Below, piece after piece: positions 7,818 through 16,517 of a DNA stretch of 48,262 nt. The DNA comes from an uncultured bacterium (GTDB lineage Bacteria; CSSED10-310; CAZUFC01), in NCBI GenBank assembly GCA_964619725.1, contig CAZUFC010000063.1, positions 1-48,262 of the forward strand. Reading direction: 5' to 3'. The notes under the pieces were generated by a model. It was given only the letters and a program-made list of their open reading frames with translations, had not been told where the DNA came from and made no database searches. The position numbers and the translations under genes are program-made. Within the stretch, counting starts at the first letter, position 1, and every line of letters starts with the position of its first letter.

Positions 7818-9118
7818 TTTTTCTTCCTTATGTTCTCAGCATATCCGCCGTCGTCTTCCTCATTAACTTTTACTTTATGGTTCAATACCTGCGAACCAGG
7901 ACAGACGACGCTGATGTAAAATCTGCTTCCAATCTCTCCTCCATCAGCGGCTTGCCCTATTTACCCGAAGAGTCATCAGATACTGACGAACCTGAAACTT
8001 CTCCATATGCCTTTCAGGAAAATCAGAAAACAACCGTCATTTCTCAACCGACCGAAAAACATCTGGATTTAATGCCTGTCAATGAAGGAGAAAAGGACTT
8101 AATCGTCACTCATTCGGACTTTGACGGATTCATTTCCGGCGCTTTATTACAAAGAAAACTCGGCAAAAAAGCGGAAATTTCCTTCAGTTCCCCATTGAGA
8201 ATCGGAAAAGACCTGACTAAATCATCGCTCCAGCTTCCTTTCTATAATCGAATATTCGTCGCCGACATTAGACTGAATCCTTCGTTTGAAAAAGAGGTCG
8301 AACTTTTTTTGAAAAATGCCGCCAATAATAACGTTTCTGTGTTTTGGTACGATCATCACATCTGGGCGGCTTCATCCTTTTCGATCCTCAAAAGTCACTG
8401 TGAGGATTGCATTGTAGATACTAATTTTAAAACGGCTGCCGAAATTATCCAGCGCCGTTTGTTTCAAAAGGATGAATATTCTGAACGGCTGATTCATTTT
8501 ATAAAGGGTAAAACAATTAAATCCGATCCCGATTGGGACGAGGATATACGCTTCTTGTTGTCGGAATTGCAAACGCGTCTTCCCGTTGAAATGAAACAAG
8601 GCGTCATATCAAAACTGGCTTTCAACGAACCCCTTGAGACAGCCGAAAAGCGTTTAATCAAAAATGGACGCAAGAGAAGCATTTTCACCGAAAGGATAGC
8701 CCGAAAAAAACACCTGACTGTAATCACTCACAGAAAAAGGAAATTCATCATCATTGATTTAAGAACATTCCGCTATGAACAAACTGAGTCTGGACAGAGG
8801 CTGTACGTCATTGAAAAGAAAAAACCGGAATCCGTCGTCGGAATGAAAGCATGTCGAGAACATGATGCTGACTTCGCTCTGATTCTCTGGTCAAATGAAC
8901 GATTTTCACTCTACCAGGGAATCGATAAATCGGTAGACTTTTCTCAGCTTTTCGGCATTCAAAAATTCGCAAAGTATCCGGTTAAGATCAGAGGGCATTC
9001 CTATGCTGCAGGCGGAGAAATTTCAATAAATTTTATAACTAAGGTAAGATTAATTTTTAATTGGAGCCTTCCAAGTGAAATTCTTGCGCTGATCGATGGA
9101 TTAAAAGAAAATTTTTAA
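7814..9118 (+). CDS. DHH-family phosphoesterase-like protein with N-terminal membrane anchor
   Basis: THSDFDG, VADI, WYDHH and C-terminal RGHSYAAGG (DHHA1-like). ATGA overlap with the upstream gene. Confidence 0.75.
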   Translation: MIFLPYVLSISAVVFLINFYFMVQYLRTRTDDADVKSASNLSSISGLPYLPEESSDTDEPETSPYAFQENQKTTVISQPTEKHLDLMPVNEGEKDLIVTHSDFDGFISGALLQRKLGKKAEISFSSPLRIGKDLTKSSLQLPFYNRIFVADIRLNPSFEKEVELFLKNAANNNVSVFWYDHHIWAASSFSILKSHCEDCIVDTNFKTAAEIIQRRLFQKDEYSERLIHFIKGKTIKSDPDWDEDIRFLLSELQTRLPVEMKQGVISKLAFNEPLETAEKRLIKNGRKRSIFTERIARKKHLTVITHRKRKFIIIDLRTFRYEQTESGQRLYVIEKKKPESVVGMKACREHDADFALILWSNERFSLYQGIDKSVDFSQLFGIQKFAKYPVKIRGHSYAAGGEISINFITKVRLIFNWSLPSEILALIDGLKENF

Positions 9119-9138
9119 ATTTTGCCACGGAGACGAGA

Positions 9139-9684
9139 ATGGCTTCTGATTTTGACAGAATAGAATCCGTCGTTTTTTCCGAAAAGCAGATATCCCGAAG
9201 AATCAATGAACTTGGCCGACAAATTTCGGAAGATTACAGAGATAAATTTCCTCTTCTCATCGGCATACTTAGAGGAGCTTTTATTTTTTTAGCCGATCTG
9301 GCCCGTGCAATCCACATACCATGTACTTTCGACTTCATGGCAGTGAGCAGCTACGGATCGAAGACGAAAACCTCCGGGGTCGTTCGGATTTTGAAAGACC
9401 TGAACGAGCACATCCAGGACAGACATGTCATTTTGGTAGAAGATATCATAGATACGGGATTAACCCTGGATTATTTGATCCGCATACTCAAAGCTCGACA
9501 TCCCGCCAGTCTGAAAACATGCGCATTACTTGATAAAAAAGAATGCAGAAAAGCAGATATTCAGGCCGACTATACCGGATTTACGGTACCTGATGCCTTT
9601 ATGGTGGGTTACGGTCTGGATTTGGATCAGTCATTCCGTAATTTGCCTTATGTAGGCATATACAACGAAAACGCAGACGCATAA
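9139..9684 (+). CDS. hpt: Hypoxanthine(-guanine) phosphoribosyltransferase
   Basis: ILRGAFIFLADL, VSSYG, VILVEDIIDTGLTL (PRPP-binding motif), VGYGLD, RNLPY. Confidence 0.96.
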   Translation: MASDFDRIESVVFSEKQISRRINELGRQISEDYRDKFPLLIGILRGAFIFLADLARAIHIPCTFDFMAVSSYGSKTKTSGVVRILKDLNEHIQDRHVILVEDIIDTGLTLDYLIRILKARHPASLKTCALLDKKECRKADIQADYTGFTVPDAFMVGYGLDLDQSFRNLPYVGIYNENADA

Positions 9685-9712
9685 AAAGAATGCTTAAGGA
9701 GAATGAACCCGT

Positions 9713-11437
9713 ATGAGTTTGGAGAAACGCCTTCAGGTTGCAAGAGGATTAAGAAAAGCAGACCTGGTATTAAAAAACGCTCGAATAGTGAATTTGTTCA
9801 ATTACGAATGCATACCAGGAGATGTGGCTGTTCACAAGGGCAGAGTTGCAGGAATCGGTCGCTACAACGGAGTGGAGGAAGTAGATTTACAGGATCGTTA
9901 TCTTGCTCCCGGCCTGGTAGACGGACATGTTCACGTAGAAAGCTCTCTCGTTACAATCCGGGAATTTTCTAAAGCCGTCAGTTCGCGTGGAACGACGACA
10001 TGTATAATAGACCCGCATGAAATCGCCAATGTCATGGGACTAGAGGGAATTAATTATATGCTCAAATCCAGCAAATACAATCCCGTAGACATTTTTCTCA
10101 TGTTGCCCTCATGCGTGCCCTCGACCCATATGGAAACCGCCGGCGCTGAACTAAGGGCGATTGATCTTCTGCCTCTACTCCCTAATCCCTGGGTTTTAGG
10201 AATGGGCGAAATGATGAACTATATGGGCGTAATCAATGCCGATCCGGAAGTTTTGGAGAAAATAAAGATCGCTGAATCTAAAACAGTAGACGGCCATGCT
10301 CCTTCATTATCCTCGAACAATCTCTGTGCTTATGTTTCCGTCGGCATACGTTCCGATCATGAATGCACTACTCTGGAAGAAGCACAAGAAAAATTGCGCC
10401 TGGGGATGCATGTGATGATCAGGGAAGGCTCTTCTTCAAAAAACATGGAATCCATAATACCTTTGGTGAATCGCGGCAACGCTGAAAATTTTTCCCTGGT
10501 AACGGACGACAGGAATCCCAGAGACCTTTATGAAGAAGGTCACATTGACGCGCTCCTTAGAAAATCTGTGCAGAAATGCGGACTCGAACCTTTATTGGCT
10601 CTTAGGCTTGCGTCCCTCAGCACATGTCGGTATTTCGGATTACGGGACCGCGGAGCGATCGCTCCTGGCTACCTGGCTGATATGGTTGTTTTTGAGGACC
10701 TCCAGGATTTTGCAATCAAAATGGTACTGAAAAACGGCGAAATCATCCTCCAGGACGGAAAGCTGCTGTGGAATAAACCTCAAGCTCCTTTACCCCGTCT
10801 TCGCAGCTCAGTGAACACGAAATGGCTTAAAGTATCGGACTTTGAGATACCTTCCTCAGGCGACAAAGCCCGCATTATCGGAGTAATTCCTGGTCAAATA
10901 CTGACGGATCAAATAATCGACAACCCATTGATTGAAAAAGGCAAAGTCCTCTCCGACACCGACAGGGATATTTTAAAACTGGCTGTTATTGAAAGGCATA
11001 CAGGCTCATCAAATATCGGGCTCGGACTGGTCAAAGGATTCGGATTGAAAAACGGTGCGCTGGCCGGAACAATCGCCCATGATTCTCACAACCTGGTCGC
11101 AGTGGGAACGAATGATGAAGATATTTTCAACGCAGCCGTTCAGGTCATCAAAGATCAAGGAGGGCTTGCCGTTTCGATCAATAATAAAATCGCTGCCTCG
11201 CTTCCCTTGCCTATCGCCGGGTTAATGTCGGATCGCCCCCTGGAAGAAGTCGTAAATAATGTCTTTGATCTCATGAAAATCGCTAAATCTCTGGGTTGTA
11301 ATCTTCCAGACCCCTTCATGGCCCTTTCTTTTACTTCTTTGCCCGTTATACCGTCCTTGAAATTAACCGACAAAGGATTGGTGGACGTCAACCGTTTTGA
11401 ATTCGTTGACCTCTTCTTAAAGCCTGATCAGAAATGA
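9713..11437 (+). CDS. ade: Adenine deaminase
   Basis: DGHVHVESS, DPHEIANVMG, GEMMN, DGHAP, SDHEC, IREGS, VTDD, AHDSHN. Confidence 0.95.
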   Translation: MSLEKRLQVARGLRKADLVLKNARIVNLFNYECIPGDVAVHKGRVAGIGRYNGVEEVDLQDRYLAPGLVDGHVHVESSLVTIREFSKAVSSRGTTTCIIDPHEIANVMGLEGINYMLKSSKYNPVDIFLMLPSCVPSTHMETAGAELRAIDLLPLLPNPWVLGMGEMMNYMGVINADPEVLEKIKIAESKTVDGHAPSLSSNNLCAYVSVGIRSDHECTTLEEAQEKLRLGMHVMIREGSSSKNMESIIPLVNRGNAENFSLVTDDRNPRDLYEEGHIDALLRKSVQKCGLEPLLALRLASLSTCRYFGLRDRGAIAPGYLADMVVFEDLQDFAIKMVLKNGEIILQDGKLLWNKPQAPLPRLRSSVNTKWLKVSDFEIPSSGDKARIIGVIPGQILTDQIIDNPLIEKGKVLSDTDRDILKLAVIERHTGSSNIGLGLVKGFGLKNGALAGTIAHDSHNLVAVGTNDEDIFNAAVQVIKDQGGLAVSINNKIAASLPLPIAGLMSDRPLEEVVNNVFDLMKIAKSLGCNLPDPFMALSFTSLPVIPSLKLTDKGLVDVNRFEFVDLFLKPDQK

Positions 11438-12411
11438 AGGGCTTGATCTTTAAAAATAACCGTCTGCAACTCGTCCGCAATCTTCCTCTGCCTCAACTGA
11501 AAAATGATGACGCACTCATTCATATTAAGCTCGCAGGTATTTGTAAAACCGATCAGGCTATTTACGAAGGCTATATGAACTTCGAAGGCGTTCTCGGACA
11601 CGAATTCGTAGGCGTCGTCAAGGATGCCCGCAATAAGGACTGGGTTGGAAAAAGAGTCGTCGGTGAAATAAACATCGGCTGCAATTCCTGCGAATACTGT
11701 CAAAATAACATGTCAAGACACTGCCTCTCACGCTCTACCATTGGAATACTCGACCACGACGGGTGCTTCGCCGAATTCCTGTCACTCCCTGTTCAAAACC
11801 TGCATGCCGTTCCCCCTGATCTCCCTGATGAGGCAGCAGTGTTTACTGAACCCCTGGCCGCCGCTCTTGAAATCCTGGAACAGCGCCATGTGGAACCCGA
11901 TCACAATGTACTCGTTATCGGCGACGGAAATCTCGGCTTCCTTATCGCACTCACCCTCGTTTTAACAGGCTGCAGACTCATTATTGCAGGAAAACACGAA
12001 CAAAAATTGTCCGTCTTTCGTAAATCAATTAAAAATGTTGAAATTCTCAACTCCAGCTTAAATGTAAATTTGCTCGAGGAGCTCCAAAATAGTATGGATA
12101 TTGTGGTGGAGGCTTCCGGCTCCTGTTCCGGACTCCTCTCCGCGATCAAGGCCGTAAAGCCTAGGGGCACAATAATTTTGAAAAGTACCTATAACAAAAA
12201 TTCTTCAATCGATCTCACTCCTTTTATGGTCGATGAAATTTGCCTGCTTGGTTCTCGTTGCGGACCCTTTAAACCCGCTGTTCGACTCCTGGCTGAGGGA
12301 TTAATTGATCCCATCCCCTGGATTCAAAAAATATACCCTCTTGATCAAGCTGAGAAAGCTTTTTGTGAGATGCAGGAGACAAGCTCAAAAAAAATTCTGC
12401 TCAGAATCTGA
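11434..12411 (+). CDS. Zn-dependent medium-chain dehydrogenase (alcohol/threonine dehydrogenase-like)
   Basis: AGICKTD, GHEFVG, structural Zn motif CNSCEYC...C, EPLAA, Rossmann GDGNLG. ATGA overlap with ade. Confidence 0.9.
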   Translation: MKGLIFKNNRLQLVRNLPLPQLKNDDALIHIKLAGICKTDQAIYEGYMNFEGVLGHEFVGVVKDARNKDWVGKRVVGEINIGCNSCEYCQNNMSRHCLSRSTIGILDHDGCFAEFLSLPVQNLHAVPPDLPDEAAVFTEPLAAALEILEQRHVEPDHNVLVIGDGNLGFLIALTLVLTGCRLIIAGKHEQKLSVFRKSIKNVEILNSSLNVNLLEELQNSMDIVVEASGSCSGLLSAIKAVKPRGTIILKSTYNKNSSIDLTPFMVDEICLLGSRCGPFKPAVRLLAEGLIDPIPWIQKIYPLDQAEKAFCEMQETSSKKILLRI

Positions 12412-12497
12412 TCATCAAGCTCACTATCTTTATGGCATGTCCATAAAGCCATTTTTAGACAATCTGATAAAGTTAAAACACATCTCCTCGTAATTAT

Positions 12498-12545
12498 TTG
12501 TTCCGCTTGCGACAGCGATACCGATCCCGACCCCAATACCTGAAC
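12498..12545 (+). repeat. Degenerate hexamer array (CGAYNN-like), copy 1
   Basis: ttgttc cgcttg cgacag cgatac cgatcc cgaccc caatac ctgaac. Confidence 0.5.
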
Positions 12546-12712
12546 AACCTGGTATGAATGAAAAAAAGATGGGTGATTTCGCCAGGCAGATATTTGTGGG
12601 ACATGGTAAGTTTCTTATGAGGATTTCAATCAGTCAAAATTTCTATGAAAAAGTGTAACCCCAGATCGATCAGTCCCGAAAAAAGCGTGTTACCTTTGGA
12701 CATATAATTCAA

Positions 12713-12758
12713 AGCAGCATATGACTTTAAGACTTAATCCTTCAAATCATATGCTGCT
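12713..12758 (-). terminator. Stem-loop, probable terminator of the 12786-15950 gene (possibly bidirectional)
   Basis: AGCAGCATATGA (12713-12724) and TCATATGCTGCT (12747-12758) form a perfect 12-bp inverted repeat between convergent genes. The U-tract is short. Confidence 0.6.
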
Positions 12759-12785
12759 CAAAAAACTAAAACAGCTTACTCGTTT

Positions 12786-15700
12786 TTATTTCTTTTTTTG
12801 AATCAACTTTGAATCCGCGCTTTTTCCACCGCCGGCGCTCGGGTGTTGCGACCTGAATTGATGCTGAACAACCGCTAAATCCCTGATGGGTCCGTAAAAC
12901 GGACAGTAGATGCTGTCATGCTCCTTCATTGAAATCATGAATTGCTTATCTTTATCAGTATCTCCCAGATAAATCGTTGATTTGTACCGCATCTGGTCCG
13001 GGTGGAAATCACAATGCACTCCTGAAACCGACGCCCCATGCCCTCCTATAAGATCATAGGGTATTTCTCCGTCCAGCAAGTTCATCTCTCCTAACTCGAA
13101 ACAATTCAAATCCATATTGTTTTCCAGTTGTTGCTGCAATACTATCCTTCCATCGTAACAGTAAAAAGCGTAGAAATTTTGTTCCGGAGGGAAGGAACCT
13201 TGATCTGACTCCGTTAAAACGAAAACGTCGTAAAGCGGGTCTTCAATAGGAGAGTAAAATGTTGCTGCTTCAATGTCTATCACCGGTTGCGAAACGATCT
13301 GATGATGAACCTCAAGCGGAGGCAACATATGCAATTTGTAATTTTCAAGGAAGCGGATATTAAAATTGGTTCCGAGTATGAAGTCATGAACAAAATTCGA
13401 TGCAAACAGGTTCGCTGAGCAGATTTTGGTGATCCGTTCTCCTTCTCGCCATCCGTGAAGGGTCCTTAAATTGATCATTGCGTTTTTCAAGAGTTGAAAG
13501 AATTTTTTTCCTTGCCTTTCAGGATCGGAAAGAAAAATTCTCAAATCAGTCGCTTCCCTGGGGTCTAAGTTGGGGTCCGGCGTCAACGCGGTCACGAGGT
13601 CTTCAAAAGCATCGACCTTATCGGAAGGATAATAATTCCCTACCTCCAAATCTACTAAACGATGGTCCTTTACATTGAAACTGTATTCTTCCAGGATGGA
13701 ACCCATGACGAATTCAGGAGGTGAACCGATTCTGTCCTGAATATCATAGGTAATAATCGAACATTCATAGACTGATTGATCGAGCGGATTCATTCCGACT
13801 ATGATTTCATTTCTTTTGTCATTGTCAACGTCACCTGTCGATATCGCAACGATATGAGCCGGGAGCATTTTCTGAGGATTCATCGGATCCTCTATCCTGG
13901 AAGGAACGAGAACAGCCCTTTTCAATTTCTCGGAATGATTGCATACGTAGTTTAAGCCTTCTCCTCCGGGTTCGGGAAATTTGCTGTCGAAAAGAAATAG
14001 GTTATGTTTATCGTCTGGAAATCCATAAACGCCTGATAGGGCATCAGTAGCTACGATAACGTCCAGCCTGTTGTCTTCGTCTCCTTTTAAATCTTCAACC
14101 GTAATAGAAACCACTTTACCGGAAATGGCAGGCGAATTGACCGGGTTACCCTGCGGCGTATCCGACAACAGGAGTCGTCCCCTTCTAACCCATTTTCCGT
14201 CTTCTTCAGGATCAGGATTGAAAAAGAAATTGTTGACGTAAAACACTCTCACGTCGGAAGAACCAGTCAAATTATTGTCGCTTCCCACGACCACTTCAGC
14301 AATAAACTCATATGGGAAAACGGTGGGGGTCGGAGTAGGCGTGGGCGTAAATGTAGGAGTGGGGGACAAGGTAGGCGTTGCTGTTGCAGTCGGAGTATCA
14401 GTCGGTGAAGGAGTATGAGTGGGAGTCAAAGTCGGCGTTTTTGTGGGCGTGGCTGTCGCTGTCGGCGGTTCAGGAGTGTAGGTGGGAGGGACAGGCGTCC
14501 ACGTGGGCAACTCCCAGTTCCCGTAATAAATCGTCGGCCAATCGAATGGCCCCAAATTTAACTCCACCTCAAGTCCAGTCGTACAATCCCATCCCGGATA
14601 CAGTTCTTCATAAAGGTAATAAATTCCTGTCGGAATCCCACTGAATGTTATCTGCCCGTTTTCCGTCGCGCCGCTGTTGAAAATCCCGCCTACATCCGTA
14701 TACATCGTAAACCACCAGTCATCCATCAAGGACTCACCTTCATCATACTCAGCATCTCCGTCCAAATCGTGAAACTTGTAAACCGTTACAGCAGGCAGTT
14801 TAATGTTACCAAACTCGACGACTTGTGATTGCGCCGGAGATAAATCAACTTCTCTGGATATCCCGTTCGTCGGCGACCAACCCGGAACTTCCTCTTCATA
14901 TACAGTATAAAACGATGCAGGCAGGTCACTGAAAACCGCATTCCCGTTGCTGTTGGTCAGCTTTTCCTGTATCAGTATGTCGCCTTCATACAGGAACATC
15001 TTCCATCCTTCTCTGCTGGGTTCGCCGTCCTGTTGGACTCCGTCGATATTATAATCGAGAAATTTATGAGCTACGATTGTCCCGCCTGCAAGCCACTCCG
15101 CAACTGCTTCGCAAAAAACAGAACCAGTTACCGGCTCCGCTAAAACCAATAACTGCTTCGGAGGTTCTACCGGTTCAAATCTCACTCCTTGAGGAAGTAA
15201 AAAATCAGCGCTCGCCTCGATATTTGCATCCGACGGTTCACCCGTATCATTCGTCAGAGTGAAATATCCTTCACCGTACTCGTTCGTCACTACTGACGGA
15301 GTATCCAGTATTCCAAAATCCGTCGTCAGGTCAACGGTCAAACCCTCAACCGGGTTACCGTCCTGAGTCGCCGTCACCGTAAACTCTACAACCGTATCCG
15401 GAAGCGTCACAGCTCCATAGGCAGGCGCTATCTCTAAATTCGGCGGGTCCTGAGGCAATATGCAGGGACTCGGCACTGAGTCAATAATATCAGCGGCACG
15501 ATTAGCAACATCCAAGGGTCCGCTTACTACAAATCCGTCCGAAAAATTCCAGATGGCCGCTTGTCGCGCAGCAGCCTCCACATTCGTCAAGCCCGGCTCC
15601 GGCGGATACTCGTTTAAAATATAAGTGATTTGACAAAACGTCGGTCCGTCGCTCACAAAAGTATCACCCACCTTGATCGTATTATTCAAATCAATGCAAA

Positions 15701-15950
15701 ACGCCGCTACTCTGTCCGGATTCCCTACCGGAATCTCTACTAACAGTACCCCGGCCCAAGCATCCTTCGGATCACCCTGTATGTTCATTCCCGCTCCCGT
15801 GGCGGCGAATTTCCCCGTCTCCTGCTTACTGCCGCCCATCTCCCCGGTTATGAAATATCCTTCCTCTCTCGTGTCCACCGGAACAGCCTTGACGGACGAA
15901 ACGAAAACAATTAAAATTAATGCAAACATAATTGTGGTTGTTGTTTTCAT
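12786..15950 (-). CDS. Large secreted/surface protein: thioester domain (TED)-like N-terminus, Ig-like segment, two SdrD-B/Cna-B-like repeats, Pro/Thr linker, C-terminal FG-GAP-like repeats
   Basis: Signal peptide. AFCIDL (C85) and RQAAIWNFSD match TED motifs. HKFLDYNIDG...FGN and YKFHDLDGD...YGN repeats, a (TP)n tract, and GDVDNDKRNEIIVG-type repeats follow. Confidence 0.75.
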   Translation of the reverse strand: MKTTTTIMFALILIVFVSSVKAVPVDTREEGYFITGEMGGSKQETGKFAATGAGMNIQGDPKDAWAGVLLVEIPVGNPDRVAAFCIDLNNTIKVGDTFVSDGPTFCQITYILNEYPPEPGLTNVEAAARQAAIWNFSDGFVVSGPLDVANRAADIIDSVPSPCILPQDPPNLEIAPAYGAVTLPDTVVEFTVTATQDGNPVEGLTVDLTTDFGILDTPSVVTNEYGEGYFTLTNDTGEPSDANIEASADFLLPQGVRFEPVEPPKQLLVLAEPVTGSVFCEAVAEWLAGGTIVAHKFLDYNIDGVQQDGEPSREGWKMFLYEGDILIQEKLTNSNGNAVFSDLPASFYTVYEEEVPGWSPTNGISREVDLSPAQSQVVEFGNIKLPAVTVYKFHDLDGDAEYDEGESLMDDWWFTMYTDVGGIFNSGATENGQITFSGIPTGIYYLYEELYPGWDCTTGLEVELNLGPFDWPTIYYGNWELPTWTPVPPTYTPEPPTATATPTKTPTLTPTHTPSPTDTPTATATPTLSPTPTFTPTPTPTPTVFPYEFIAEVVVGSDNNLTGSSDVRVFYVNNFFFNPDPEEDGKWVRRGRLLLSDTPQGNPVNSPAISGKVVSITVEDLKGDEDNRLDVIVATDALSGVYGFPDDKHNLFLFDSKFPEPGGEGLNYVCNHSEKLKRAVLVPSRIEDPMNPQKMLPAHIVAISTGDVDNDKRNEIIVGMNPLDQSVYECSIITYDIQDRIGSPPEFVMGSILEEYSFNVKDHRLVDLEVGNYYPSDKVDAFEDLVTALTPDPNLDPREATDLRIFLSDPERQGKKFFQLLKNAMINLRTLHGWREGERITKICSANLFASNFVHDFILGTNFNIRFLENYKLHMLPPLEVHHQIVSQPVIDIEAATFYSPIEDPLYDVFVLTESDQGSFPPEQNFYAFYCYDGRIVLQQQLENNMDLNCFELGEMNLLDGEIPYDLIGGHGASVSGVHCDFHPDQMRYKSTIYLGDTDKDKQFMISMKEHDSIYCPFYGPIRDLAVVQHQFRSQHPSAGGGKSADSKLIQKKK
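14320..14510 (-). repeat. Pro/Thr-rich low-complexity linker (coding)
   Basis: Encodes PTWTPVPPTYTPEPPTATATPTKTPTLTPTHTPSPTDTPTATATPTLSPTPTFTPTPTPTPT. Confidence 0.9.
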
Positions 15951-16399
15951 CTTACCCTATCCCCTATCAAAGTTAAAAGTTACCCCCCTCATTCAGAGCG
16001 AATGTCCTTATCCGCCTCTGACAACCATCCATGAAAGCAATTTCGCAAACCGCCGGCGATTTTTCTCAAAGCAAACCAATAGCCTCTTCTATTTGTTGAT
16101 TTTTTTACCCAGATTGTCACCCGATTGAACTTTACCCAAAAAGCGGAATTACTTCCAGTACTCGTTATACTAAAACAAATTTTTTTGTCAAATGATAACG
16201 TGAAAAAAAATCAAATAATTTTACTCTTCTTTCGTTTTTGTGCGTCGATCATCGTTGATTTTCAACACAGAGTCCGATTTTGTTTCTCAAAGCTGCCTTT
16301 AATAATTCTTCACAACGATCCCGCAGTCACTTTTCAAATTTCGGCATTGATCAAAAATGGGTCTTTTGAAGTTACAATTCGACAGAATATCCCATCATT

Positions 16400-16453
16400 T
16401 TGTTACGATTTCGATCCCTATTGTGACCCCGGTATCTACCCCGATTACTGAAA
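16400..16453 (+). repeat. Degenerate hexamer array (CGAYNN-like), copy 2
   Basis: ttgtta cgattt cgatcc ctattg tgaccc cggtat ctaccc cgatta ctgaaa. Same start and end words as copy 1. Confidence 0.45.
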
Positions 16454-16517
16454 CAAACTGTCAAAAGTCTTGAAAGAATTGCAATCCCGATTTGATCAGT
16501 CCCAAAATTTCAGATAT

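Noticed and set aside
9703-9972. 89-aa alternative-frame ORF over the ade start
   Set aside because: Overlaps a well-supported gene and has no recognisable motifs.
14320-14510. Repetitive DNA as a CRISPR array or VNTR
   Set aside because: Explained by Pro/Thr codons; no constant repeat-spacer structure and no cas genes.
15951-16517. Riboswitch or small genes (16125..16451, 16470..16661) upstream of the TED-like gene
   Set aside because: No known aptamer consensus recognised. The ORFs are TTG-started, AT-rich and motif-free.
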